Below are positions 53,801 through 64,000 of a stretch of DNA of 64,000 bases, piece by piece; within the stretch, counting starts at the first letter, position 1; each line of letters starts with the position of its first letter. The notes below the pieces were generated by a model, which ran no database searches, was not told the DNA's origin, and saw only the letters and a program-made list of their open reading frames with translations. The translations under genes were made by a program, and so were the position numbers. Source of the DNA: Hyalangium minutum (GTDB lineage: Bacteria; Myxococcota; Myxococcia; Myxococcales; Myxococcaceae); contig NZ_JMCB01000017.1 of the NCBI RefSeq assembly GCF_000737315.1, positions 62,001-126,000 on the forward strand. Direction: 5' to 3'.

Positions 53801-53983
53801 GAGCGGGCCCAGCAGGCCGGATTGAAAGGGCTGGAGTTCCGGGCGCGGCTGAGCCTGGTGGCGCTCGGGCGGAACCGTGACGCGGACCGGACTCGCGCTG
53901 CGTGCAGCGAGATCGAGCTGGCGGCCACGCGCCTTGGATACATGACACTCGCACAGCAAGCCCGTTCCCTGGCAGGGCGGTGA
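50840..53983 (+). CDS. Ser/Thr protein kinase with C-terminal TPR region
   Basis: AKGSQGEV, VALK, HPNVC, HRDFKSSN, VTDFGLA, GTPSYMSPE; helical repeats. Confidence 0.92.
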   Translation: MKRPRSEEAHETVSFARTDREELGAPRGPDLPERTFPDGVRIAGRYQVLRFIAKGSQGEVYAVEDLSLHECVALKTIHPERASRPDALYRFKDELRLARRVTHPNVCRVFDLGEHLAVQEPSGKSHAVMFLTMELLEGETLQAYVARSGRLPPEQVLLLAEQMASALDAAHAARIIHRDFKSSNVVLIPSPASPASLRVVVTDFGLAMALAREKDASAPGAGDFIGTPSYMSPEQVRGEALSPASDIYSFGVVLYELATGRLPFDAETPLATASLRLDAPPTPPRSWVPELEPQWDTALLRCLALKPQDRFATAAEVVAALRSAPRSVQPPLASPQARRSLAVFTPRSLRASPETAWLSTALAEVLTAELSASGQVRLLSGEEVARMRRELSLPEEEGFARETLGRIRAHSLVDLVLTGTYLAIGAAGAATLRLDLSLRDAGSGETVAHVTEVGSEQDLLALLSRVGSALRQNLGLEPLTPEQALRVRGAMPSHPEAARLYAEGLAALRDYEAALAVERLQQVVEREPGFALAHSALAAAYQALFLAERAKKAARRAFELSEGLSPEERWLVQARHHEAQADWVSAIEAYRELVRLGPDSVEYGTALASAQMSAGKPREALATIEALRSLPAPLSEDARIDLVNATATSLTADFEASRRHAGLAVEKACHAGQWVLAASALISESFAVRNLGNPVQAVGLAAEAGQLFLKAGDRGGAIRAMLGQAIALIDLMRLRDAEGVTAEARRLLQEYRGSVLEGEALGIAGWVHCHLGDLDAALKFTREAVTLYQGLEMPAELSHHDVQGAVVLRHQGALEEAQRRLEAGCRVAQANGDDYTQAWAQQELGLLFMDRGYRLQARSRLERALTLRQARGFKAFVIETELELSKLALEEGLTDQALALAEQARAFYVEQQNRDREGLAHAQLARVFQAKGEATQARESLARAQALAANSEDVFIQADVLLTRAALALLGSPAEQEEAERQLPGFIERAQQAGLKGLEFRARLSLVALGRNRDADRTRAACSEIELAATRLGYMTLAQQARSLAGR

Positions 53984-53999
53984 CCCTACAATTTCCGCG

Positions 54000-54569
54000 A
54001 TGAGTACCTCCGCGGACGCACAGCTCGTCTTTCACGAAGTCACCTCTGAGCGCTGGCGGGACTTCGTGAAGCTCTTCGAGCGCCGCGGCAATCCGTCGTA
54101 CTGCTGGTGCATGCCCTTCCGAGCCGACGGCGCCGAGACACGCAAGACCGACAGGGCGAGCCGGAAGGCCTCCATGTCCAAGCGGGTCAAAGGAGAAGTG
54201 CCCATCGGTTTGCTCGGCTACCTCGATGACGAGCCGATGGCCTGGTGCTCCATCGCCCCGCGCGAGACGTTCCGCCGCCTCGGAGGGCCGAAAGATCCCT
54301 CGGAGCCCAGCGCCGAGTGGGTGTGGTCCCTCACCTGCTTCTTCATCGATCGCCGCCTCCGAGGCGAAGGCGTGATGCACCAACTGCTGGATGCCGCCAT
54401 CCACCATGCGAAGGCCCAAGGGGCCACCGTGCTTGAGGCGTATCCCGTGGACCCCGACTCTCCCAGCTACCGCTTCATGGGCTTCGTCTCCACCTTCGTC
54501 GAAGCGGGGTTCGAGGAGGTCGGCCGCGCCGGGACTCGGCGCCACGTCATGCGGCTGGCGCTCGACTGA
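54000..54569 (+). CDS. GNAT family N-acetyltransferase
   Basis: CWCM, WSLTCFFI, RLRGEGV, LEAYP. Confidence 0.9.
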   Translation: MSTSADAQLVFHEVTSERWRDFVKLFERRGNPSYCWCMPFRADGAETRKTDRASRKASMSKRVKGEVPIGLLGYLDDEPMAWCSIAPRETFRRLGGPKDPSEPSAEWVWSLTCFFIDRRLRGEGVMHQLLDAAIHHAKAQGATVLEAYPVDPDSPSYRFMGFVSTFVEAGFEEVGRAGTRRHVMRLALD

Positions 54570-54593
54570 GGACGCGGCTCGCAGGACTGAGGC

Positions 54594-55400
54594 TCACCGC
54601 ACCCGCGTGCCGTGCGGCAGCGGCTTGCTGATCTCGTCCTGGAAGTCCATGAAGCGCTCCATCTCGCGCACCGTCTCGTCCGTGGCCTGCACCTCGGCAC
54701 TCACCACGTCCAGCTGACGGTTCACCGTCTCCGGATCCCGGATGGTGATGGACTGCTCGTGCGTCAGCCGCATCAGGTCTTCGATCCCCGCCAGTTGGTG
54801 GCTCACCACCTCGCGGCTCTCGCCCGCCTGCTGGAACCGCCCCACCCGCTTGCGCAGGATCTCCAGCCGCTTCTCCTTCACGTCCTTCAGCCGCGGGTTG
54901 GCCTCCTGCGCCACCTCTGCCTCCAGCGCGCGCAGCTCCTTCTCCAGCTGCTCCCGATCCGTGCTGTTCAGGTACGTGCGGTGGTGGTTCAGCGCTGCCA
55001 CCAGCCGCAGGAAGGACGTCAGCAGCGCGTCCAGCCGGGGCTCACTGTCCGTCGCCAGCACCTTGCCTCCCGGTAGGCGCCGGTAGCTCTCCAGGATCTT
55101 CTCCTTCAGCCCCACCAGCACCTGGTAGTGCTCGCGCTGCGAGGGCGCTAGCTCGGACAGCAGCGCGTCTACCTCCTTGCGCGCCGGATCACCCTCCTCG
55201 GTGCCACCCTTCGCACGCACCGCCCGCTGGAACCGCTTCATCGACGGGACGATGCCCAGGTAGAGCCCCTCCACCCCCAGCGCCACGAGCGCCGGCAGCG
55301 GCTCTCCCGTCATCAGCGACGAGGCCCCCGCCGTCAGCAGGCCCACGAGATTGGCTGGCAACAAGAAGGCGGCCTTGATGAAGCTGGGCGAATCCGCCAC
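54594..55400 (-). CDS. Hypothetical membrane-anchored coiled-coil protein
   Basis: Two N-terminal hydrophobic segments followed by long helices; co-oriented downstream of the pspA cluster. Confidence 0.8.
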   Translation of the reverse strand: MADSPSFIKAAFLLPANLVGLLTAGASSLMTGEPLPALVALGVEGLYLGIVPSMKRFQRAVRAKGGTEEGDPARKEVDALLSELAPSQREHYQVLVGLKEKILESYRRLPGGKVLATDSEPRLDALLTSFLRLVAALNHHRTYLNSTDREQLEKELRALEAEVAQEANPRLKDVKEKRLEILRKRVGRFQQAGESREVVSHQLAGIEDLMRLTHEQSITIRDPETVNRQLDVVSAEVQATDETVREMERFMDFQDEISKPLPHGTRVR

Positions 55401-55429
55401 CGAAGCTCTCCTCCCCCTCTCCGGGGGTG

Positions 55430-56617
55430 TCAGGGACCGCGGGCCTCCGACACGTACTTCAACGCTCCAAGATCCCGCGTGTCCTCCGCGGGTGGCGCCA
55501 CCGCCCCCCGCTTGAGTTTCTGGAACAGCGCCGAGGCGCTCTGGAACAACTCGTCATAGGTGACAGGCGCCTCGCCGGAAAGCCCGAAGAACGCTCGATT
55601 GTCCGCCAGTGTCGCCGGAGGCGCCGAGCGGATGGCCTCGGTCGGGTCCCCCAGGTACGGCGCCACGTCCCCCAGCATCCGGGCCGCCGGGCCCGGGTCC
55701 TTTTGAACACTCTGCCCCGCGTCCAGCAGCCCACGCAGCACCCGCCGCACCGCATCCGGGTAGCGCGCCGCGAAGTCCCCGCGCGTCACCAGCACCGTGG
55801 CAATCAAGTGCGGCGCGTCCGCCGTCGTCGCCAGCACCGCTCCGCCGCGATCCCTCGCCGCCAGCTCCACGTCTCCCCAGAGCCCCACCACCGCATCCGC
55901 CCGGCCCTCGCGCAGTGCGCGGCCCGCATCCAGCGTGGAGGGCAAGTCCACCCACTTCACATCCGTCGTCCGCAGGCCCATGCGCGACAGAACCCACATC
56001 GCGAAGTAGTTCGCCGAGCTGCCCGGGTACACGCCCAGGCGCTTGCCGCGCAGGGCCGCCAGGTTCTCCACCCCCACCGCCGCCAGCGCCTCCTGCCCGC
56101 GGCTGCGCCCTAGCAACATCACCGTGCGCGGCGCCGCATCCCGCAGCGAGGGCGTCCAGGCCGCCAGCCGGTCCACCGAGAGACAGGCCATGTCCACCCC
56201 GCCGTTCTCCGCGCCCGCCGCCAGCGCCTGCCGCAGTTCCTCCTCTCGGGCGAACAGCACCGCGCGGGCATCCAGCGCATACGCCGTCTTGAGCACGCCC
56301 TGCGCTGCCCCCAGAGGAGCCGCGGGCACATCCAGCGTCACGGAGCCACCCGTGGCCAGCAGCAGCGCCGAGGCCGAGCCGCGCGGCGTAAAGCCAATCA
56401 GCACCGGCCGCAGCGGCACCGAGGCCACATCCGCCACCGGCGCCGACACACCCGCGGGAAAGTCTCCGGGAGAAAGGCGAATCGCCTCCTGCGCCGCCGG
56501 AAAGAAGCGGCGCTGGAGGCGATCCAGGTACCCCAGCCGGGACGCGAGCGTGTAGCCCACGCCGCCCAGGCACAGGGCAAGGAAGAGGAAGAGGCCTGGC
56601 CCGCGATGCAGCTTCAT
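55430..56617 (-). CDS. Membrane-anchored substrate-binding-fold protein (NMT1/TauA-like)
   Basis: N-terminal TM; LRGKRLGV...[24 protein letters not shown]. Confidence 0.75.
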   Translation of the reverse strand: MKLHRGPGLFLFLALCLGGVGYTLASRLGYLDRLQRRFFPAAQEAIRLSPGDFPAGVSAPVADVASVPLRPVLIGFTPRGSASALLLATGGSVTLDVPAAPLGAAQGVLKTAYALDARAVLFAREEELRQALAAGAENGGVDMACLSVDRLAAWTPSLRDAAPRTVMLLGRSRGQEALAAVGVENLAALRGKRLGVYPGSSANYFAMWVLSRMGLRTTDVKWVDLPSTLDAGRALREGRADAVVGLWGDVELAARDRGGAVLATTADAPHLIATVLVTRGDFAARYPDAVRRVLRGLLDAGQSVQKDPGPAARMLGDVAPYLGDPTEAIRSAPPATLADNRAFFGLSGEAPVTYDELFQSASALFQKLKRGAVAPPAEDTRDLGALKYVSEARGP

Positions 56618-56644
56618 GGCTAGGGCCTCTTCCCCTCGGGAGGG

Positions 56645-57379
56645 CTACTTGATCTCCACCTTCTTGCCGATGGTCTTCGCCGCAGGCTCGCCCACGTCCG
56701 ACACCGGCGCGGGGCTGTCCAGGCCCATCTCCATCTTGAACTGCTTCACCAGCTCGTTGGCCTGCAGCTTCTCGGCCTCCTCCTCGATGGAGAGCGCCTG
56801 GTGGTCCACCGACTCGAGCGCCATCTGCATGCGCGCCTCGTTGACGGCCGCTCCCTCCTGGACCTTGCGGAGCATCTCGTCGTGGGTGGCGTCGATGCCG
56901 GCCACCTGGAAGGACTCCATGGCGTCCGCCACCTTGGACTGCCACTTGGCGCGGCGGGCGTCCCGGATGGCGTTCATCGCCTCCTGGGTCTTCCGCTCCT
57001 TCTCGCGCATGAAGATCTTCTTCACGTTCATCGCCTTCTCGTACGCGGCACGAGCAATCTGCAGCTGCTGCTCGTTGCGCTCGAGGGCCTGCTTCTCGAT
57101 CTGCAGGCGCGAGGCGTACTGCCCGGCGAGATCATCCCGGCCCGCCTGGATGGCGGCCTTCACCTTGGCGGTGAGCTCGCGCACGTCCTGCTGGTACTTG
57201 GCGTTCTCCTTCTCCAGCAGCGTCACGTTCGCCCGCACCATGGCGATGGACTCGTTCATCTTCGGCACCTGATCATTCAGGTCCCGCACGTTCTGCTCGA
57301 GGATGAGCTCCGGGTCCTCGATGGAGGAGACGAAGAAGCCCGCAAAGCTGCGCATTGCTCTCTTGAACCGTTGCCACAT
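56645..57379 (-). CDS. pspA: PspA/IM30 family protein
   Basis: MWQRFKRAM amphipathic helix, [20 protein letters not shown], long coiled coil; GGAGGAGG RBS. Confidence 0.9.
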   Translation of the reverse strand: MWQRFKRAMRSFAGFFVSSIEDPELILEQNVRDLNDQVPKMNESIAMVRANVTLLEKENAKYQQDVRELTAKVKAAIQAGRDDLAGQYASRLQIEKQALERNEQQLQIARAAYEKAMNVKKIFMREKERKTQEAMNAIRDARRAKWQSKVADAMESFQVAGIDATHDEMLRKVQEGAAVNEARMQMALESVDHQALSIEEEAEKLQANELVKQFKMEMGLDSPAPVSDVGEPAAKTIGKKVEIK

Positions 57380-57618
57380 GTTGGCTGCTACCTCCTCCAA
57401 AGTTCCCGGATACCCAGGTCTTATACGATCCCGAGGGCCTCAAGCCTACCCTTCTCCCTCCCGTACGCCTATCCCAAGTGGGAGATTGCCTACCTGTCGC
57501 GGTTTTGCCGGGATGCCCTGGCCCCGGACGAGGAAGCAGGCCCCTCTCCCCCACCACTCATACCGGCGGGCTGTCCACGGGGACCCCTTGGGGGTGGTAA
57601 TGTCTGGCTCCCTCTCAC

Positions 57619-59010
57619 ATGACCCCGCAGGACACCCAAGCTTTCGACTCACTCCTGGATGAGGCCGTGGATCAACAGCGCCGCCGGGTGCTGCGGGTCG
57701 GCGCGGCGGTGCGGGTGGCGGGTGCGCTCGTCTTCCTCCTCATCACCTCGGGGCTGTGGGTTGCGGGCCGGGAGGATTGGGCTTCGTATCCGCTGCCGCT
57801 CGCGCTCTACCTGGGGGTGGCGGTGGTGCTGCTGGCCCTGCACGGCAAGCGCTTCGTCCACTGGTTGGACGTGGCCCAGTCCGGGGTGGACGTGGGGCTC
57901 GTCTTCTGGGTGCAGTACTCCGCCCTGCCCATGGCCCGCTTCCCGGCGGGGATTGCCGGCTTCAGCCTGGGGCTCTTCGCGCTGGTGGTGGTGCTGAGCA
58001 GCCTCACACTGGTGCGGGGCGTCGCCTATACGACAGCGCTGCTGGCCGCCGTGGCCCAGGCCGTGCTCATGCGCGAAGCGGAGGTGACATGGGGCTCGGT
58101 GACGCTGGCCGCCGTGGTGCTGGGCATGGTGGCCTTCATGAGCCAGTACGGTCCCCAGCGTCTACGGGAGCTCGTCCTGGACCTGACCCGCACAGAGATG
58201 GAGCGGCGGGGCGAGGCCCGGCGCGTCCAGGAGCTGGCGCAGGCCCGGCAGACCATCGAGCAGATGCTCGGCGAGGCGCGCGCGCAGAACGAGCAGCTCC
58301 TGGCGCTCCAGCGGGACAAGGACCAGCTCATCCAGTTCCTCGTGCATGATCTGCGCTCGCCGCTGTCCGCGCTGACCATGACTTTCTCCTGGCTGGAGGC
58401 GGAGCTCGCCATTGGCGGAGACCTGCAGCTCATGCAGGGCGTCCGCTCGGGCCTGGCCGTCACCGGGCGCATGGAGCGGATGATCACCGAGCTGCTCGAC
58501 CTGCCCCGCCTGGAGGAGGGCAAGCTGGAGCTACGTCCTCAGCGGCTGGACATCACCGCGATCTTCGAGGAAGTGCGCCAGGCGTTCGGGCAGGCCGCGC
58601 AGTTCCGGCGGCTCACGCTGGAGGTGGAGGCGCCGGTGGGGCTGGTCATCCAGGGAGACAAGGCGCTCCTCATGCGGGTGGTGGAGAACCTCGTGGCCAA
58701 TGCCCTGCGGCACACGCCCCCGGGCGGACGGGTGCGGCTGGAGGCAGGCAACGAGGGCGGCGCTCCCTACCTCGCCGTGCGCAACGACGGCACCCCGATC
58801 GATCCGTTGCTGCGCCCCCGCCTCTTCGACAAGCACGTGCAGGGGGCACAGGAGCAAGGAGCCCGGTCGGGCTACGGCCTGGGGCTCTACTTCTCCCGGC
58901 TCGCTGTCGAGGCCCATGGCGGGCGCATCACCGTGGAGGAGGCACAAGGGTGGGCCACCTCGTTCGTCGCGCGGCTGCCGGTCCGCGGCGAGTCGACCCG
59001 GGCGGCCTGA
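57619..59010 (+). CDS. Membrane sensor histidine kinase
   Basis: Multiple TM helices; HDLRSPL H-box, [17 protein letters not shown]. Confidence 0.93.
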   Translation: MTPQDTQAFDSLLDEAVDQQRRRVLRVGAAVRVAGALVFLLITSGLWVAGREDWASYPLPLALYLGVAVVLLALHGKRFVHWLDVAQSGVDVGLVFWVQYSALPMARFPAGIAGFSLGLFALVVVLSSLTLVRGVAYTTALLAAVAQAVLMREAEVTWGSVTLAAVVLGMVAFMSQYGPQRLRELVLDLTRTEMERRGEARRVQELAQARQTIEQMLGEARAQNEQLLALQRDKDQLIQFLVHDLRSPLSALTMTFSWLEAELAIGGDLQLMQGVRSGLAVTGRMERMITELLDLPRLEEGKLELRPQRLDITAIFEEVRQAFGQAAQFRRLTLEVEAPVGLVIQGDKALLMRVVENLVANALRHTPPGGRVRLEAGNEGGAPYLAVRNDGTPIDPLLRPRLFDKHVQGAQEQGARSGYGLGLYFSRLAVEAHGGRITVEEAQGWATSFVARLPVRGESTRAA

Positions 59011-59023
59011 CCTTCAGCCGCCG

Positions 59024-60355
59024 TCAGAGGTTCGCGCGCTCGATGATGCGAGTGGCGTGCTTCTGGGCGCGCTCGGCGACGTCGTGGGCGTCCATCGTGA
59101 GCAGCTGCCGGTCCTTGAGGACGAGCTGGCCGTCGATGGCCACGTGACACACGTCCGTGGAGCGAGCGGCGTGGACCACCGCGTCCAGGACGTTCTGAGG
59201 GGTGGGCAGGGTGTGCAGGCCGCGGACGTCCACCACGGTGACGTCAGCGCGCTTGCCCTCCTCCAGCGAGCCCACTTCCTTCTCCATCCCGATCGCCCGC
59301 GCTCCCTCCAGGGTGGCCATCTCCAGCACGCGCATCGGCGGCATGGCCAGAGGGCCCACGCGCGGCTTGTGCAACAGGGCCGCGAGCCGCATCTCCAGGA
59401 AGATGTCCAGGTTGTTGTTGCAGGGAGCGCCGTCCGCGCCCAGGCAGACGTGGACGCCCGAGTCCATCAGCTCGGGCACCTTGGCGATGCCGGAGGCGAG
59501 CTTCAGGTTGGAGCTGGGGCAGTGGCACACCACCGTGCCCGTCTCGCGCAGCAGGCGCTGCTCCTCGGCGGTGAGCCACACGCAGTGGGCCAGCGTCACA
59601 TGGGGGCCGCTGAGCCCCAGCGAGTGAAAGTACGCCACGTTGTCCAGGCCGATGCGCTGGCGCACCAGATCGCACTCGGTGGCGTTCTCGCTGGCGTGGG
59701 TGTGCACGCGCACGCCCTTCTCCTTCGCCAGCCGGGACACCTCTTTGAGGAGCGGCTCGGTGCACGAGAGCACGAAGCGCGGTGCGAAGGCGTAGCGGAG
59801 CCGGTCCCCGTGCGTGCCGTGCCAGCGCTCCAGCAGCGCCAAGCTCTCGGCGAGCGAGGCCTCCGTCGTCTCGCGCAGGCCCGCGGGCAGCGAGTGGCCC
59901 GTGTCCATCATCGCCTTGCCGCCGGTGAGCCGGAACCCGCAGTCCCGCGCGGACTCGAACACCGAGTCGTAGTGACGCACCGTGCCCATGTCGAGCGCCG
60001 CCGTGGCACCGGACTGGATGAGCTCGGCGAAAGTCAGATCGGCCGAGGCCCGCAGGGACTCCGCGTCATGCGCGGCCTCGTAGGGCCAGATGCGCTCGCG
60101 GAGCCAGTCCAGCAGTTCCAGCCCGTCCGCGTGGTTGCGGAACAGCGTCTGGCAGGCGTGCAGGTGGCCGTGGATGAGGCCGGGCAGCACCACCTGGCCG
60201 CGCACGTCGAGCACCCGCCTCGCGGCGCCCTTCACCTTGAGCCCGCGTCCAATCTTGGCGATGCGGCCATCCTGGATGAGGACGTCCGTGTCCGCGAGCA
60301 CCTCGCGCTCGCGGTTCATCGTCACGACGGTGCCATGGGTGAGGAGCAGGTCCAC
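59024..60355 (-). CDS. Amidohydrolase, 5'-deoxyadenosine/MTA-SAH deaminase-like
   Basis: PGLIHGHLH, HTHASE, AHCVW, CPSSNLKL, LGADG. Confidence 0.88.
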   Translation of the reverse strand: MDLLLTHGTVVTMNREREVLADTDVLIQDGRIAKIGRGLKVKGAARRVLDVRGQVVLPGLIHGHLHACQTLFRNHADGLELLDWLRERIWPYEAAHDAESLRASADLTFAELIQSGATAALDMGTVRHYDSVFESARDCGFRLTGGKAMMDTGHSLPAGLRETTEASLAESLALLERWHGTHGDRLRYAFAPRFVLSCTEPLLKEVSRLAKEKGVRVHTHASENATECDLVRQRIGLDNVAYFHSLGLSGPHVTLAHCVWLTAEEQRLLRETGTVVCHCPSSNLKLASGIAKVPELMDSGVHVCLGADGAPCNNNLDIFLEMRLAALLHKPRVGPLAMPPMRVLEMATLEGARAIGMEKEVGSLEEGKRADVTVVDVRGLHTLPTPQNVLDAVVHAARSTDVCHVAIDGQLVLKDRQLLTMDAHDVAERAQKHATRIIERANL

Positions 60356-60388
60356 GCGCGGCTGCTCTTAACACAGAGCAGGCCAGTC

Positions 60389-60793
60389 TCAGAGGAAGTC
60401 GCGCGTGAAGGCGTGCGGCAAGAGCTCCCGGAGGGAGTATTGCGCCTCCTCCCCCTTGAGGTTGCGGCTGCGCACGGGCAAGTCCGGCCCGGCGAACTCC
60501 GCCATCACCTGCCGGCACATGCCGCACGGCGGGCACGGCGTGGGGGTGTCCACCACGATGGCCACCGCCACGGGCCGAACCCTGCCCTGGGCCACCGAGG
60601 CGGCGAACGCATTGCGCTCGGCACACACCGTCAGTCCATAGGTGGCGTTCTCCACGTTACAGCCCGTGACGATGTTGCCGTCCGCGAAGAGGACAGCTGC
60701 TCCTACCGGGAAGCGTGAGTAGGGCACGTGGGCGCGCTCGCGCACCTTGGCAGCCTGCTGGAACAGCGACTCCCAGGGGATCTCCTCGGCCAT
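60389..60793 (-). CDS. cdd: Cytidine deaminase
   Basis: PYSRFPVGAA, CAERNA, PCGMCRQ. Confidence 0.95.
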   Translation of the reverse strand: MAEEIPWESLFQQAAKVRERAHVPYSRFPVGAAVLFADGNIVTGCNVENATYGLTVCAERNAFAASVAQGRVRPVAVAIVVDTPTPCPPCGMCRQVMAEFAGPDLPVRSRNLKGEEAQYSLRELLPHAFTRDFL

Positions 60794-60805
60794 GCTCCCT
60801 CCTGC

Positions 60806-61195
60806 TCAGCGTTTCGGTGCACCCAGCGCCGTCTGGTCCAGGTGGCGCGCAATGGACAGTTCCACCTCGACGGGCAAATCCAAGAAGCGGACCCGCGTGG
60901 CGCCGCTCTGCAAGGCCTCGGGGGTGGTGAGCACCTCGCCACGCACCTTCAGTTCGTCCGTCAGGTTGGGCAGGCGAAAGCGCACCTCCAGCGCCGTGCC
61001 CGGCTCCAGCGCCGTGCCCTTGAAGGCACAGCCGCCCAGGGAGAGGTCTCCCTCGCGGGGCTCGTAGGACGCGTCGCTCCCGGCCTTCCGCACCAGGAAG
61101 TTCATGGGCACTCGGGGCGAGTCCCGCCGCTCCTCGCTCTGGGGTCCCTTGGAATCGTTCCGCTCCGCCATCGCTGTCGAATCCTTGTTGCTCAC
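60806..61195 (-). CDS. Single-domain PilZ protein
   Basis: RRDSPR (RxxxR) and DLSLGG (DxSxxG); GTG start overlaps the upstream TGA. Confidence 0.85.
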   Translation of the reverse strand: MSNKDSTAMAERNDSKGPQSEERRDSPRVPMNFLVRKAGSDASYEPREGDLSLGGCAFKGTALEPGTALEVRFRLPNLTDELKVRGEVLTTPEALQSGATRVRFLDLPVEVELSIARHLDQTALGAPKR

Positions 61196-62022
61196 GCGCG
61201 TGCCACCACAGGAAGAAAGTCCGTCAGCAGCCGCGAGAAGATACCCGCCACCCGGTTCGCCGTCTCGGCCACTTCTTCATGAGTCAGGGGCTTGTCTCCC
61301 ACACCGGCCGCCAGGTTGGTGATGCAGCTGATCCCCACCACGGGGACGCTCATGTGGCTGGCGGCCACTACCTCGGGCACGGTGCTCATGCCCACCGCGT
61401 CCGCCCCCAACGTCCGGAACATGCGGATCTCCGCTGGCGTCTCGTACGAGGGACCCGACACCATGACATAGACCCCCTGCCGCAGGAGCACCTGGGTTCG
61501 CTGGGCGGACTGGAGCAGAAGCTCCCGGAGCGAGGGAGCATAAGCCCGGCTCATGTCCGGAAAGCGAGGACCCAGCCGGTCATCATTGGGGCCCGTCAGC
61601 GCGTTCCAACCCGACAGGTTGAGGTGGTCGGTGATGGCCATCAGGTCGCCCGGGGCGAACTGGGAGTTGATGCCGCCCGCGGCGTTGGTCACCACGAGTC
61701 CCCGGATGCCGAGCGCGCACAGCACGCGGGCCGGGAAGGCGACCTGCACGGAGGAGTACCCCTCATAGGAGTGGACGCGGCCCTGCATGGCGACCACGGG
61801 CTCGCCGCCCACCAGCCCCAGCACGAGCCGGCCCGCGTGACCGGGCACCGACGAGTGGGGGAAGTGCGGCAGCTCGGCATAAGGGATGACGACCTTGCGC
61901 TCGAAGCTGTCGGCGAAGGCCCCCAGCCCGCTGCCGAGGATGATGCCAACCCGAGGCGTTAGCCCCCCGGCCCGCTGGCGGATGGCCTGAACCGTCTCCT
62001 GGACCTGCTCGTAGAGTCCCAT
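61192..62022 (-). CDS. punA: Purine-nucleoside phosphorylase (trimeric type)
   Basis: ILGSGLG, VPGHAG, MQGRVH.YEG, TNAAGG, GPSYETPAE, GMSTVPEV. Confidence 0.93.
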   Translation of the reverse strand: MGLYEQVQETVQAIRQRAGGLTPRVGIILGSGLGAFADSFERKVVIPYAELPHFPHSSVPGHAGRLVLGLVGGEPVVAMQGRVHSYEGYSSVQVAFPARVLCALGIRGLVVTNAAGGINSQFAPGDLMAITDHLNLSGWNALTGPNDDRLGPRFPDMSRAYAPSLRELLLQSAQRTQVLLRQGVYVMVSGPSYETPAEIRMFRTLGADAVGMSTVPEVVAASHMSVPVVGISCITNLAAGVGDKPLTHEEVAETANRVAGIFSRLLTDFLPVVARA

Positions 62023-62127
62023 TCCGGCGGCATCATATATGCCGCCGGGCTCAGGGCGAGGCACTGGAACGCTCGACCGCCAGTTCTGGACGTCCGGGCG
62101 GTTTCTTTGCACCCGAGGCGGACCCGC

Positions 62128-63015
<888 letters not shown>

Positions 63016-63109
63016 GAGTCACCCCTCCCAGGTGGCGCGAGGGATCTCGCACGAGACCCGCCACGTCATCAAGCACTCATGACACGTATCAGGATTTCCT
63101 CTAACCGCT

Positions 63110-64000
63110 CTACTCCAGCCGCTCCACGATGAGCGGCCGAGGCGCCGGAGCCTGCGGGCCGAAGCGGTACGCCGCCAACAGCCGCGCCTTCACGTCCTGG
63201 AGGGGGCCCGCGTCATTATAGTGCACGCGCACCACCGGCTCGCCTGCCTTCACCGGCTCGCCCACCTTGCGCAGCAGCGTGAAGCCCACCGCTGGATCAA
63301 TCCGGCTGTCCACCCGCTGCCGTCCCGCCCCCAGCGCCACCGCCGCCAGCCCCACCGCCTCCGTGTCGATGCCCGTGACGAAACCGTCACCTGGCGCCAG
63401 CACGTCCGCCGTGGCCTTCGCCTGCGGCAACCGGCTGTAGTCATCAATGGCGAGCGGATCGCCGCCCTGCACCTGGACAATCTCCTTGAGCTTGCGCAGC
63501 GCGCTCCCGTCGTCCATGGCGCGCTGCAACAACTGCCGCGCCTGAGCCTCGTTCGCCGCCTTGCCGCCGAGCACGAGCATCTCCGCCGTGAGCGCCAGCG
63601 TCACCTCGGTGTAGTCCGCCGGTGCCTTGCCCCGGAGCATGTCCACCGCCTCAATCACTTCGAGGGCGTTGCCCACCGCGCGTCCCAGCGGCTGATCCAT
63701 GTCCGTGATGAGCGCCGTCACCTTGCGCTTCATCTGCGTGCCGATGCCGATCATCGTCCGGGCCAGGGCGCGCGAGTCCTCCAAGCGCTTCATGAAGGCG
63801 CCACTGCCCGTCTTCACGTCCAGCACGAGCGCGTCGATGCCCTCCGCCAGCTTCTTGCTCATGATGGAGCTGGCGATCAGCGGCAAGCAGTCCACCGTGG
63901 CCGTCACATCCCGGAGCGCGTAGAGCTTCTTGTCCGCGGGAGCCAGCGTGGCCGTCTGCCCGATGAGGCAGGCCCCCACATCCCGCACGAGCCGCCGGTA
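63110..64000 (-). CDS. deoA: Thymidine/pyrimidine-nucleoside phosphorylase, 3' part (5' end outside the window)
   Basis: ADKKLYALRDVTATV, SSIMSKKLAEG, LDVKTGSGAF, GNALEV, GAGR. Confidence 0.93.
   Translation of the reverse strand, partial: YRRLVRDVGACLIGQTATLAPADKKLYALRDVTATVDCLPLIASSIMSKKLAEGIDALVLDVKTGSGAFMKRLEDSRALARTMIGIGTQMKRKVTALITDMDQPLGRAVGNALEVIEAVDMLRGKAPADYTEVTLALTAEMLVLGGKAANEAQARQLLQRAMDDGSALRKLKEIVQVQGGDPLAIDDYSRLPQAKATADVLAPGDGFVTGIDTEAVGLAAVALGAGRQRVDSRIDPAVGFTLLRKVGEPVKAGEPVVRVHYNDAGPLQDVKARLLAAYRFGPQAPAPRPLIVERLE

Noticed and set aside
49463-54593. Mobile element explaining the plus-strand three-gene block
   Set aside because: No integrase, transposase, terminal repeats or target duplication seen; insertion is only inferred from the strand switch.
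57380-57618. Sigma-54 promoter upstream of pspA
   Set aside because: No GG-N10-GC (-24/-12) match found by eye on the minus strand.

Overview
High-GC window whose gene families (SitA-like lipoprotein toxin, many Ser/Thr kinases, ADYC, CHAT-TPR) point to a myxobacterial chromosome. About 45 CDS are supportable. I found no rRNA, tRNA, CRISPR array or transposase. Layout: (1) 1-9.8 kb, ECF sigma / zinc-finger-kinase-nSTAND-FGE / TPR-CHAT lipoprotein / ADYC module, with a repeated promoter-like motif TGCATAGC-N15-CTC upstream of its exported genes; (2) 9.8-26 kb, mostly envelope and transport housekeeping (MacAB/LolCDE-like ABC, ZIP, LpoB cluster, MscS, UshA-like tetraheme cytochrome, MltD, FAD oxidoreductase); (3) 26.3-35.4 kb, the stand-out locus: three translationally coupled, divergent ClpA/B-like AAA+ genes, two of which end in a class-I release-factor-like module (domains 1, 2 and 4) lacking the catalytic GGQ domain; (4) 35.7-40.5 kb, ECF sigma, GH18 chitinase and a SitA-like toxin-immunity pair; (5) 40.5-57.4 kb, a minus-strand run (AAA ATPase, kinase, ABC, PspA cluster) interrupted by three plus-strand genes; (6) 57.6-64 kb, a histidine kinase and a nucleoside-salvage operon with an embedded PilZ gene. 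All family calls are by-eye motif recognition; no database search was run. Several starts were moved to downstream ATG/GTG codons with better RBS or signal-peptide context.
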